Source: Scyliorhinus canicula (lineage: Eukaryota). From it: DNA of 64,000 bases. The stretch is from assembly GCF_902713615.1 (NCBI RefSeq), contig NC_052158.1:12148546-12212545 (forward strand), given 5' to 3'. A program made the translations under genes and the position numbers. The notes under the pieces are model-generated. The model made no database searches. It saw only the letters and a list, made by a program, of their open reading frames with translations, and was not told where the DNA came from. Positions 23,809-37,010 of the stretch are shown piece by piece. Each line of letters opens with the position of its first letter. The first letter of the stretch is position 1.

Positions 23809-25567
23809 ATGCTGCCCTTGCTACATCCTCACTGAAAGTCATTTAAATCAAGCTATCCACAATTCTTTATTTCAATTTGCGTCGCTTGATTCACATTACC
23901 CTTGCACTCACAGTTTAGCAGAAAATACAGACTGGGCACAGCAGAGTGACATTATTGGCGTTACGCACATTTGAGGACTAGTGTGAATGTGGGTTTGATA
24001 TTGGCGGCCACCATGTGTGGCTACCTTGCGTTGGCAGACATGCCGTGTAGGAATAACCCCTGTCAAAGATTACAGTGATTCACCCTCAGTATAACTGTTC
24101 CCTTCCATTAGTTCTCATTTGCTCCTCTCAAGGAGCCAAACCTTTTCTTTCAGAGTTTTGACAGCGGAGACCAGTGAGTTGTTGAAGTTGTACGCTTGTG
24201 CTCTTTCATACTGCAAAATTGAGCCTTTTTTTAGTGCTCCATCATCTATCTGCTGTGTGTTAACATGTGTGTTTCAGGAAATTATATTTGAGAAGCAGGG
24301 GTACAACATGTTCTCTGAAAATAACTAAACAACGGTATCAAGGTGTTTGGGGTTTTTTGATCAATATTTTAATTTTGCATAATTAATAAAGACCATCAAC
24401 CAAAGCAATCTTCCTCTGGAAGCTTTTTTAAAGAGCTCACCCAGTAAAATGTGTGGAGACTGTAATAGATATTCTCAACCCTGGTACTAGTATTTGTGGC
24501 TAAATGTGGCTATCGCTGGCCGGACCAGCATTTATTGGCCCTGATTTCCCTTGCTTAGGGCATTTCAGAGTCAACCACATTGCTGCGAGTCTGGAGTCAC
24601 ATATAGCATCAAGGACGACAGATTTCCTTCCATGAACCATATTGACAAAGCAGATCTCTTTGTTTGACAATCAGCGATGGTCATGGACTTTTAATTCCAG
24701 ACTTTTATTGAATTTAAATTGCAACATTGGTGGGATTTGAACCCAGGGCCCAGACCAGCCCCAGGTCTCTGGATTACACCACCACCTCCTTGGTTCTGCT
24801 CCTGTTTTCGTATCAGAGCCATAAAATACTCAATCACGCCTGAATACCAGATAAGAATACAAATATTGTTCACACTGACTTAAAATAAATGAAATGGCAG
24901 CAGGAAATATCTTGTAATGCAAATAATACCGACAACTATTTTAGAAAGAAGGAAATAAACTATTTTACAAGCATGCAGTAGAGTGACGGTTCACCAGAGT
25001 GGAGCATGGGACAAGTAAGTGGCTTAACCCATGATGAGAGGCTGAACCTATGGCCTCTCGAGTTTAGAGAAATAAGAGGTGTCCTTAATGAAACTTACAG
25101 GATGGACACAGGACTTGTTTCCCCCCTCACTGGGACGTCTAGAATACGGGGGCACAGTCTCAGGATAAAGGGCTGATTGTTTAGGACTAAAATGAGGAGA
25201 ATTTTATTCTCTCCGAGTTGTAAATCTCAGAGGGTTGTGAATATATTTAAGGCTTAGACAGATTTTTGGTGTCTCGGTATTACAGTATATGGGGAGTGGA
25301 TAGGAAAGTGGAGTTGTAACAGAAGATTAGGCAGTACTGAATTACTGAGCAGGTTCTCAGGGCATTAAGGCTTAACTCTTTTCATTGTTCTTGTGTTCCT
25401 GTGATCTAATCAATTCATTCAAAAGGAACGCTGTTGTGAATCATTTAGCTCGACAGAATGGGTCCTTCAATGGCTTTCACTGGAATTTTGTTACTTACGG
25501 ATATTCAAAACTGATTTGTTTAAATTACTTTTGAGTTTCTATTTGTCTCTTCTCTGCCTCCTCCCGC

Positions 25568-25605
<38 letters not shown>

Positions 25606-25762
25606 ACTCCTACAGAGGTCCTTTCAGTTCCCGGTTCCAATCCATAGCTTCTACCCAGAATGTTAACCTGGCTTCTCTCTCCACCAGTGACTGAGACCCA
25701 CATCCATCAGTTTACAGCTGGCAGGAGGCAGGGAGAGAGTGTGAAATTATGGGATGGATCTG

Positions 25763-28700
25763 TCAGTGACCTTTAATCCCACAGATTTTCAGCGGTGCCG
25801 AGTTTTTCCCGTCAATATTCCATCCCGGATGGAAGAAGGGAAAGATTCTCTCAGTGAAAGCGTGAGTGTAAGTGTGGAGATGGGACATGTTGTCTGCATT
25901 GTAAAATGACACCTGCCCATCCTCATAGTTCAGGTACACTCCTATTTTATGCGGATTCACCCTCTGGGTGAGGGGGGTCAGTGAGGGGGAAGTGACCGCA
26001 AAATAGTAATTTCCAAATTCCAGCCACACAGTCCAGTAGCCGTTCTCAGGGCTCAGGTCCATTCTCCCTTCCCTGTTCACAGACTCTCGGGCCACTCCCA
26101 CAATCCATTGAGTCTTCTTCCCCACCTCCACCTCCCAGTAATGTCTCCCTGACGTGAATCCCTGTGATCCCAGGACAAAGGGCCAGACATGAAACGTCTC
26201 CGGAGAACCGGAAAGCCGCTGTGGTTCATTTCCAAATCTCACGCTGCTGTGGTCACTGGAGAAGATGAGCCGGGAATTCATTTGGTTTGGATCCAGAGTC
26301 AGAGAGACTGGAGCTGGAGGAAAGTTAAAATAATACAGTCAGTGATTTAGGGAACTGGACATCGAAGGGATAGAATGTGTAGGAAGGGGAAAAGAGAATG
26401 TGGGAGTAGAAGGGGATAGAGCAGGAAGGTGAGGGAAGAGAGATAGAGAGCAGGAGGGGAGAGTAGGGGAGGTGAATGTGAGGGAGAGAGGAGAGAATAT
26501 GAGGGGGTAGAGTGAGTGGGGAGCTGAAAATAGCTGGGCAGGGAGATAGGGGAAGTGAGAAGGAGGGGAGAGAAATGGGGATGAGAGTGATGGGGAATAG
26601 GGTGTGGAGAGTGGGAGGTGGGAGAGTGGAGGGGAAGCTTAAAGTTATTGGGGAGAGTGGGATTGGGATGTGAATGAGACAGAGGGGAAGTCACATGGGA
26701 AGTGAGAGTAGGTGAGGAGGGTGGAGAGGAGAGGGGAGAGAGAAAGCCGGTTGGTGCAGCGACATGGGCAGTGCTGATGTGGCATCTCATAACAAACTCC
26801 ACTAAATATTTGTATCTATGAATGCAATGGAAATGAATATTGGGCTCAATAGCTGCTGAATGGCTTATAGTAACTGCTGGAGGTTTCCAACAGAAAAAAT
26901 GCATGCAGATAATTTTCTCATTGTTCGCGACAAATGATTATTCTGCAACCAATATCCTCAAAACAAAGCACTTTATCATTCTCCCAATTTTCAATTTGAG
27001 ACCTCGATGTTATCAAATTGATTGGTCTCATTTCAAACATTATCACAATGACTATTCCCCAAAAGTACTTTGTTATCTGTGAAGCACGTTGAGGCACAAT
27101 GATTGCAAAAGGCAATCCTTTCAAATGCAAGGACTTTGTGTTCCGTTTTGCTTCTCTGAGCAGGTGTGCATGATTTTCTTTTACTGGTGCTCACTGCTCT
27201 TTAGCTTTGCCAGTCATCCACTCCCTTCCCACCCACGCTCAACAAAAGATTTGCTGAATTTTCTGACTCGTCTGCACCCTCAGGGGCCACTGAGCACCTT
27301 CCAATACTATACTCCAATGAACAACTCCAGCAACATTGTATTGAATTCAAAAATTTAGAATTGATCAACAGGAGGCGTATTGGGCTCACTGGTTGACTAT
27401 ACTCAATCAATGGGTGTCACTCAAACTCTGAATCTCGCTCACTCGAAACTATCTTTTCACACTACCTCTTCTGTGTTTGACCCTCTACTTTGTTATAGAC
27501 TCCATAACTTTGTTAAAGGTACTGATATGTATCTTCTCGATGCTGTTTTGTACCGTGAACCTTTCAATAACATCAATGCACCCCCTCTCTTATCCAGTGC
27601 AGTCTCATAGTTTCTGCAAGCATGCGCCTTGACTAATAGATCAGTTGTCTTTCAACAGATTCTCTCCTATGCCTGGTTGTGTTTCCATTAATATATTGAT
27701 TGAAAAATGTTACCCAGTGTTCTAGATGGGACTAGTCCAATCTCCTCAGCAAATTTAGTTTTGTACACTGAGATTGATGCTCTATTGTTCTGGTTATACA
27801 GATCCCTTCACTGCTTTGACACACGGTGCTGATGGCTTCAGACAACAACGCAGACGACCCCACAGAGAGTAAAATATAAGAATTAACAATTGGGAACCTA
27901 AATATTTAGTCTGCAGCCTTAGAGCTCATTTAGTCACGTCAAAACTGGATTCAGAATCAGGCAAACAAATACAAGAATTGTTACCGGGGTCAATGGAGTC
28001 CAGCATTTCTCTCCATACTGTGTACTGTAAAGGCCCATTGAACTTTCTGATAGACAGGTCTACATTAGCTACTGAAGGGGTGTGATTGCCTTCATTAATC
28101 CTGTAAACAAAGAGTCGATGTCATATATTAATAATTTTTAGAATATTTAAGAAATATTTTAAATGGAGGAGCTACCCTACATTCCAGTCTTTCAACACTT
28201 TCTACGATGGAATAAATGTGGCAGAAAGAGACATTTTAACCTTTTTCTACACTGAGCGATAAATATCTTGGAAATGCAAGAGCAGATAATCGAAACGCCC
28301 ATATTAATTAAACGGCTCATAGCCTTGAGAACGGATTAGTTGCTGAGACATAATATTCCACAAGAGAAAGTAAATATTCAGCCAACGGCCTTGATGGATG
28401 ATTAACATTACAAGCTGTGTAGCTATTCAAGCAGCACACTTGGGACCCACAACACTCTCCTCCAGTTTTGGCCTCTTGAGCATCTCTGATTTCAGTTAAT
28501 CCCCCCATTGCTTTCAGCGTCCGAGTCTTTAAGCTTTGGAAATTCCCTCCCAAAACGTTTCCGTCCCTTTATTTCTCTTCCCTCCTTTAAGATCGAAAAC
28601 CTGTCTCCATCCCCCGTTGCCTTTCTGTTTCCATTTTGCTTTGTAACCCGTGGAGGTCTTTGGGACATTCAATTATGCTAACGGAATTGTACAAGTACAG

Positions 28701-31461
28701 GTTAGTGCGATTGTGTCTGTGGTGGTCACAGAACACATTTGTACTCTGATTGAAATGGGACCCATTTCCCTTCCGAGTTATGTCTTTCTCGGATTGGTCA
28801 AAAGCCACGCACGTGTTCACTTCAGGCTGGGATTCAGTTTAATGTTTGTCTTGTCAATCGATGCAATGCCGTAGGACATTTAAATGAAACCTCATTCTGA
28901 TGCATCACTGCAATAAAGCTTGTGATTATATAAAATTACACGTGAACCACAAACGGTGTTATCGTCACCTTAGTAACAAACCTCCAAGGGCATGATTTTA
29001 ACTCGGTGAGAGTGAATAGGTTCTGTGTGGGCTAAAATTAGGCCCTGTTATTAATGTGCCAGGGTGAACAAAAGTCCGCTCACAGTAACAATACTTCTCT
29101 GAGGTTTTTGCTTTAGCAAATGTGCAGATTTTCCGTAAAGAATGTTTCCTACCTTTTACTCCGGGAAGCTTCCTCCTGAAATAAATAAAACGTGCAGTAT
29201 TGAGGATGGCGACAGAGTCCAGGACGTTGGAAAATAAATGACCAGACTCCGGGGCAGATGAAGTGAATCACGGAAGTGTAAAGTGCCGCATTTTGGGAGG
29301 ACACATGTAAATGAAATGGTAGAGTTTTAAAGGAGAGGCAGGTAGCTGCAGTGCAGGAACTCAGCAAGTCTCCTTCGGCTGCAACTTTCAAAAGCAAGAC
29401 GGCTACTATCTAGATGGACAAGGGGACACGACCACCTAGAAGTGGGCAGCACGGCAACACAAGTGTCTTCACAGCGCCAGGGTGTCAGGTTCGATTCCCC
29501 GCTGGGTCACTGTATGCAGTCTGCCCGTTTTCCCCGTGTCTGCATGGGTTTCCTCCGGGTGCTCTGGTTTCCTCCCAAAAACGTGCAGGTTAGGTGGATT
29601 GGCCGTGATAAATTGCCCTTAGTGACCAAAACGGTTAGGAGAGGTTATTGGGTTACAGGGAGTAGGGTGGAAGTGAGTGGGTCGGTGCAGACTTGATGGG
29701 CCAAATGTATCTGTGTATCTATGTAAGTCCCCCTCCAAGTCACTCACCATCCTGACTTGGTTCACTACCACTGGAGCAAAATCCCCTAACAGCACTGTGG
29801 GTTTACCTACACAGCGGTTCAAGAAGGCAGCTCACCACCACCTTCTCAGGGGCAATTAGGGATGGGCAACAAATGCTGAGCTAGCCAGCGAAGCCCACTT
29901 CCCCGTAATCATGAATACAATAAAGAACCTGATGGGTGACACATAAATCTTCAAGATAATTGGCGGCAAAAACGAGGAACAAGTAACAATGCTTTTTCAT
30001 GATCTGGAATGTTCTAACTGCCGGGATGGAGCAAGCATATTCAATAATAATTCCCAGAAGAGATTTATTTAAACGGTAATGATCTTGCGGGTGTGGGGAA
30101 AGGGCAGCAGCAGTGGGACTAACTCTTTCAGCGAACCTTCCGATTAAGAGGCAGAATGGCCCAGGTTGTTTCTTTCTCTGCTAAAGGATTCAGCGAGTGA
30201 CTTACATTGAAAACAAATCTGATCTGTGTGAGGTACTAGAACTCCACCGCTTCAATACTCGGAAACAGTAGCACAATCTCTCTCTCTCTCAGACGCACAG
30301 ACATTCACAACATTCTACTTGGAAATTGAATTTGGGCAACAACCCAGACATTGCAGGTATTCCCGCATTCTGCAGTATGTGCGGGTTGGTTTGGTGACAG
30401 CAGCAAAACCACGATAGAATGAACGACATCATCAACAACAACAAAATAATCCTGTTCAGTCTGTTTCTAATGTTTCAGTAATGTAATAGATGTTTTACAG
30501 TTGTGAATTATTTTGGGAAATCTCAGTGGACTGACCTCACCTTCAGAATTGTCAGCTCGTCTTTTTGCTCCACCTGTTTCTGCAAGTTGGAGAGTTTCTC
30601 CTCAATAGAAATTAAATTCTCCTGGATCTCTTGAAGGTTTTTCTCCATTGTTTCCAGAATCCTCTCCTCTTCTTCCCTGAGATCTCTGAGTAAACGCTGC
30701 TCTTTCTCAGTGAGAATCTGGTGCATTTTACTGAACTCGAATGCGATGCGGGTCTGCAGACTGCTCGACTGCTCCTACCAAACGAAATGTGAAACATAAT
30801 TAATATCCCGCGATAAAGGGAATAAAACTAACCGAGATCCCAGAAAAGCAGCACAGGGAGACCTTACCCTAACTTCAGAAATCTTCCGTTTCTGTTTCTG
30901 CTCGGTTTTTAGAACCGCCTTTTTATTCTCCCTGAGAGAATCTAAGGAAGATTTCCGTTGATCCTGGGATTGGAAGAGAAAATGACAGAATGACAATGTT
31001 AGAGCAGGAAAATGTGATGAAATTATCAGTTTATAAAATATTTTCCCTTTTACCCTATAGATTTCAGCAGCTTTTTTAACCGACAGCAAACAGTGGTCTT
31101 TGTGTTCCCACGAATCTCTGCAAATCACACAGATCAGTTTCTTGTCAGTTTCACAAAACAGCTTCAGTTCTTCCTGATGTTCCTCGCAGTGAAGTTTGTT
31201 TTCCTTCTCATTCTGATTCATGCTTAAATTTCGAGCTTTCTCGGCCAGATTCGCTAAGGCCCGATTTATCTTGAGGTTTCGCTTCGGAATCCTCTCTCTA
31301 CATTCCGGACAGGAGTTGATCTTCTTTTTGCAACACTGGGTGATACAAGAGCGGCAGAAGTTGTGTCCACAATCCAGTATTACCGGGTCAACGAAGAAAT
31401 CAAGACAAACTGGACAAATTGCCTCCTCGGTCAAACTCTCGGCCTCCTGTCTGGAAGCCAT
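25763..31461 (-). CDS. TRIM E3 ligase (RING-B-box2-coiled-coil-PRY/SPRY; RFP/TRIM27/TRIM39-like), 6 coding exons, 475 aa
   Basis: Exons 31461-31054 (408), 30963-30868 (96), 30774-30541 (234), 29175-29153 (23), 28100-27985 (116), 26313-25763 (551); total 1428 nt in frame, all GT-AG. C3HC4 [23 protein letters not shown]-box [28 protein letters not shown] / IGVYL / VSFYN. Confidence 0.93.
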
Positions 31462-31486
31462 GTTCACACTCAGCACTTCAAATCCG

Positions 31487-31504
31487 CTTTCAGTTTCGAC
31501 TTTC
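31487..31504 (-). promoter_or_regulatory. ISRE / IRF-element-like GAAA repeats upstream of the TRIM ATG
   Basis: Minus strand GAAAGTCGAAACTGAAAG contains GAAANNGAAA, about 26 nt upstream of the start codon. Confidence 0.55.
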
Positions 31505-32029
31505 TGACTACTGTGCAGCTAAACCCCTCCAGCCAAAGTGGAGAGTAGGATCAAGGAAGACCAGCTTTAGCTGATGGGATGTGAATTGAACTCTGGCCCA
31601 GAGGGTGTAACTTTCATGGATGTTTGGCCCTGGAGGTGGGGTGGGGTAGGGAGAGAGGCGGGCGGGGATTGAAATCCCATTGTCCTTTTCTCCAGCCTGA
31701 ACTGGCTGCCGATTATAAACCCCTGGCTGATCCGTGTTGTCAGATAGATCCAGATCTCGAAACTGTGCGCTAATGATTGCAGCCACCGAACCTAAAACCC
31801 AAAGTGTGGTAAGTGTTAAGAAGTCATCAAGAATAATTACGGTGGAAGCGTAAAAGTGCTGGCATAAGCTTTATTGAAAACAAGTATAAACTCATGAGGT
31901 TCCATGCATTCGGACATTGTTACTTTTGATCAGTTTCTGATTCTTGATCATTTAAAAAAAAGAACCAAAAGAGGAATTGGAGAAACGATTCTCCTGCGGC
32001 GATAAGGAATAATGAGCTAATGTGCTTTT

Positions 32030-32200
32030 ATTGTTACAGAGCCGGGCATGCGCGGGCCTGGGGGGGCGAAGCATGGCAAATGGCGCATGACGTCATCACG
32101 ATCAACGTTTGAACGTCACAAGGGGATTTAACGTCGGGGAGAAACTTTGTGTCCCTGAGATGCCTGTTGGAGGGAAGTGACCGGACTCTCCCTTATCTGC
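32030..32200. promoter_or_regulatory. Small CpG-rich regulatory element
   Basis: GCATGCGC (NRF1-like), AAATGGCG (YY1-like), palindromic ATGACGTCAT 32087-32096, GGAAGTG (ETS). Confidence 0.5.
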
Positions 32201-32409
32201 AGATCTACACTCCCCTGTCTGCGGACTTGCACTGATCAACAGTCTGCTGCCTGATTGTGCAAATTGTGTGCCTCCTTGCTGGCCCCAAAGAGCCTTCAAA
32301 CTAATTACTTGCATTGTTGCCATGCCATCCACCTGGAGCACAGTGATGAGAACGAGACCAAAACAGCTGTATCAAAGATGTTGGATGAGGGAAGAAATGT
32401 AGGTCGAGA

Positions 32410-32640
32410 CACATTAGATTGGATGTTGTTTATTGTCACGTGTACCGAGGTACTGTGAATGTATTTTTCAGCGAGCAGCTCAACAGATCATTTAAGTACA
32501 GGAAGAGAAAATAACAGAAAAGAAAATGCATAATTGGACAACACAAGGTACACAATGTAACTACATAAACAGTGGCATCGGGTGAAGCATACGGGGGTAT
32601 ACTGTTGATGAGGTCAGCCCATTAGAGAGTCCACAGAGGA
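32410..32640 (-). mobile_element. 3' end of a LINE (Rex1/Babar-like by pattern)
   Basis: Ends ...gtacacgtgacaataaac on the minus strand, sharing the gtgacaataaa terminus with SINE tail B. Confidence 0.45.
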
Positions 32641-33749
32641 TATATTTCTAATTCATGGTAAATAAGTTATCCATGCAATAAGTTATGTTCAAACGGCAGA
32701 GCAAATTATGGGCTCAGTAGAGGGGGTGGCCGAGGGGATGAGGTATCATATATTTTAATCACTCAGCCCTGCAAGAGAACAACAGTAGGTTATATCCATA
32801 GGATTGCATCTCATACTCTTCTATCCCACAGACAAGAACACTACCTCCAAGTCACAGCTTCCACCTACCATTATGGTAGAGAGGGTTACCACCGGTTACA
32901 GGAATGATTGTTTACAGATCAAGTCGGAAGAGATGAAGTGAATTTTGTACCGAGGCTGGGTCCTCCCAGACAACTCCATAACACAGGTCTCTGCATTTAA
33001 TGGATCACTCACAGGGATTTTTAAAAATATTTTTTTAAATCAATAAGGGTCAATTTAGTGTGGCCAATCCACCTACGCTACACATCTTTGGGTTGCGGGA
33101 GTGCGACCCACGAAGTCACGGGGAAAATTTACAAACTCCACATGGACAGTGATCCAGGGCCAGAATTGAACCCAAGTCCTCGGCGCTGTGAGGCAGCAGT
33201 GTTGACCACTGTGTCACCATGCCGCCCCTTCTCACAGGGACTGTGGTCGAGAAAATAACATCAACAGATCCTGGAAGGTCTTGGAGTGTCATCTTTCTTC
33301 CAATATTCGGAGGGATTTCTTTCCACAGAAAGTGGTGAGAATATGGAACTCGCTGCCATATGGAGTGTATGAAATAGAGAACATTGTTGAGCTTGAAATT
33401 CAATATACCGCACTGAATGTTTATGGCTCTTCTTTTGTACTGTTTGAGCCAATGAGGTTTATTTTTGGAAATAGAAAACATATCTCTATCCTCAAACTCT
33501 GTAGGAGGGATTTTGGTCCCATTTGTAGTGCTGTCCTCTCAGACCCTGATAAAAAAGGAAATCCATCACACGATCTATTGAAAATAGGAGACGGTGAGGG
33601 ACAAAGCACAAATAATGAGGTCTGTTCTTCTGGTATTAGTCATGTCTGAAAACTATACCAAATCAGCCATTTTGGTAAGGCTGGGAAAATTAAGAGTAGA
33701 GGAAAGCCAAAAGAAGTCAATGAGTCTAGCAGCTTTTGTGGAGAACTGG

Positions 33750-34056
33750 GGTGACATGGTGACACAGTTAACATTGCTGCCTCACAGCCTCAGGGTCCTG
33801 GGTTCAAATCCAGCCTCATGTCTGAGTCTGTGTGTGTTTCCTCTGGGTGCTCCGGTTTTCTCCCACAGTCTAAAGATGTTCTGGTTAGGTGGATTGGTAT
33901 GCTAAATTGCACCTTAGTATCCAAAGGTTAGGTGGGGGTTATGGGGTTACAGGGTAGGGCAGGAGATTGGGCCTAGGTAGGATTCTCTTTCTGAGGGTTG
34001 ATGTAACTCAATGGGCCAAATGGCCTCCTTCTGTACTGTAGAGACTCTATGATTCT
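33750..34056 (+). mobile_element. HE1-like SINE (tail A)
   Basis: Head, V-core remnant and ggcctccttctgtactgta...ctatgattcta tail. Confidence 0.75.
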
Positions 34057-35949
34057 AACTGTTAATGCTGCCAAACCTGCTGACTTAATCCAGCATTTTC
34101 AGTTTTTATTTCAGATTTCCTTGCTTTTACATACGAGTCAACAAGGTTGATTACAAATAAATGACTTATCTTATTGCAGAGACATAGGATGTGAAATGCT
34201 CCACAGCTTTCACACCATGCAACATTGGAATATATATTTTATTGTTACTGTCTGGGTATTAAACCATGCCTGTGCAGAGCTCAGAAAGAAAAATCTGGTG
34301 TGTGGCGTCACTTTTGTAATTCCTTCATGGGGGTTGGCACCGCTGACAGGGTAAGGTTGCCCATCCTTAATCATCCATGAACTGATTGACTTATTAGGCC
34401 ATTGCACACGGCATTCAAGAGGCAACCACACTCGGACCCAATCACTCTTACAGAGCCCAGCATAACTTACTTCGGGGAGGTGGTGGAATAGTGGGATTGT
34501 TACTGGACCATCATTTTACTGGACTAGTAGTCCAGATACCCAGGCATAATGCTATGGGGGAATAGGTTCAAATGCGATCATGGCAGTTGCTGGAGTTTTG
34601 ATTCAGTTCATAAGATCTGGAATTGAAAGGTAGTCTCAATAACGGTGAACATGAACGGACATTGATTGCTGCAAGCACTCATTTGGTTTATTAATGTCTT
34701 TTGGGGAAGGAAATCTGCCATCCTTTCCTGCCTTCTCTGGTCTGGTCTCGATGTGACTCCAGACCCACTTGAATGTAGTTGACTCTTAAATGCCCTATGC
34801 AATGGCCTGGTAAGTAAATCAGTTCATGGTTGATTAAGGATGGTGACCTTACCTTATATGCGGTGCCACTTCCCATGAAAGAATAACAAAAAAAACCTAC
34901 AGTCATTTTAGTGGAAGGAAAACCTGGGAAAGTTCTGTCAGTGACGACAATGTTGGCTGGAAGGAATTCTACTGGAGCATGGAAAATACTCTCACCCTTT
35001 GTCAGCATGGTGAGGCATCAGTCACCTTCTTCAAAATTAGTGTTGGGTAGTTCAGTTCATATCTTTACAACCAAATCAGGAAAACCTGGGATTTTTTCCC
35101 CTGAAAACGTTGCGACTACTTGGTGAATTTGAGCTTCCCATGTTAATAAAGAACATGGAGCAAAGACAGGTAAACATAGTTGAGGTTAGGATAAACCATG
35201 CTTTAATTGAAAGATAGAAAACATTCAGGGGACTGAATGTCCACTCCTGTTGCTATCATCACAATGCTAGCTCACGGCTGGTGAGATGTTAAACCAAATG
35301 CCTCAAGTGTTGTTTCAGATCCCATGGTAAAGATGGGCAGGGACGTTCTTGCAGTGTCCTAGACAACATTCCTCTCTCAACCAGCACTGTCATAAAGAGG
35401 CCAGTTGGTCATTCATCTTATTTTCTCTATGTTGGATCACATTACGTTTAAATTTCTTGCTACATTTTCCGACAGAGGGTTAGTATCTGGACCTATGAGT
35501 AATTCATTGTGGCTGCAGGAAGTTTCCCCGATGGGTTAAGACTCTATATGAATGAAAGTCTTGTATTGTTACACTGGATAGAACAATAAGGTAGATGGTG
35601 ATATATGTTTAGTGTGGTACACACCGTCTTCCAAATGGTATTTGATAATTTTTTTTTAATTCATTCACGGGATATGGGCATCACTGTCCAGAATTTGTCC
35701 ATCCCTGAGGGCTTTTAAGAGTCAACCACAGTGTTGTGGGTCTGGAGTCACATGTAGGCCAGACCAGGAAAAGTTGACAGGTTTCCTTATCTAAAGGGCA
35801 TTAGTGCACCAGATAGGATTTTACAACGAACAACAAGTTTTCATGGTCGTCATTTTAATTCCAGAACATTACCCTGGGTCCCTGGATTACTAGCTCAGTG
35901 ACAATACTCAGTGACTGCCTCCCTGATAAAGTGCAACTTATACAGGCTT

Positions 35950-37010
35950 GTCAGCAAAAGTGGATGCTGTGTAATAAAAGGGACAACAGCTTGGAGACAA
36001 AATTGACTAAGTGGCAGAAAACAGATCTGAATGTTTTTATCACGCAGGAGGAAGAAGAGATATAGTCGGGTGGCCCCGGTGTCAATATTAGGAGATCTAA
36101 TGACCTAGACTCAGGTGTACAGAGCAGTTTCAAATCATGCGGATGAACTGTGAGGAGAGTGGTTCAACATTTTAGAATGACACAAATGGTTTGTTGGATT
36201 TTGCAGGTAAATGGCTGATGAAATTTAGTGCAGCCAAGCGTGAAGTGTGAAGAAAGACAAGAGCAAAATAAAATAAAAAGTAAAATTTTGAAGTGTGCAG
36301 GAATAGCTGGACTTGGAAATTGATGTGCCAGCATCAGTGAAGGTGGCAGGGCATGTTGAGAATGTGGTTAATAAAACAATCAGTGTCCTGGAATTTACAA
36401 ATAAGTACATATATAAATATATATCTATAAATAAATACATTTATAGAGTAAAAACAGAATAAAACTATGATAATCATGGAGAAAACATTCTTTTGGACGC
36501 AGCTGGAATATTGTGTCTAGTTCTGTGCACTGCACTTTAGGAAAAATGTGAAGGCAATAAAGAGAGCGCAGAAAAAAATTATGATAATGGTTCCAAAAAT
36601 GACGATCTTCAGTTGTACACACAGATTGGATACGTTGTGGCTATTCTTCTTGGAGAAAAGAATGTGAAGAGGAGATTTGATGGATATATTCAAAATCAAG
36701 AGGGCTCTAGACAGATCAGGTGGGGAGAAACTGATTGCATTGATGGAAGAGAGGGAGAGCAGAGGTCACCATTTTAAGGTGATTGCCAAAAGAAACAACA
36801 GCGACACAACAATTTTTTTCTGCAGCCGATGGTCAGGATGTGCAATGCATGGATTGAGTGTGTATTAGAAACATGTTCAGTCTTAGCTTTCAAAAGTAAT
36901 TCCATCATTACCCGAAGAGAATACTTGCAGCGTTGAGATGGAAAGTTCAGAGATTGGGACTCAGTGAACAGCAGTTGCATAAAACTGACCAGGTTATGAG
37001 GGGCTAAATA
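35950..37010 (+). mobile_element. Old CR1 LINE 3' fragment
   Basis: Degenerate QLEYCV.FCALHFRK, RGDLMDIFKI and SRGHHFKV motifs. Confidence 0.65.

Noticed and set aside
26347-26904. 185-aa Ser/Pro/His/Leu-rich ORF
   Set aside because: Translation of a low-complexity intronic pyrimidine tract of the TRIM gene.
31320-31345. RING helix reads ITQCC where related TRIMs often have ITQxW, suggesting a dead ligase
   Set aside because: All eight zinc ligands and the CPECR linchpin arginine are intact, and that position varies among active TRIMs.
30775-31476. 233-aa single ORF as the TRIM N-terminus
   Set aside because: It reads through a 90-bp intron and into a 93-bp intron; the spliced model with 96- and 234-bp exons fits TRIM gene structure better.
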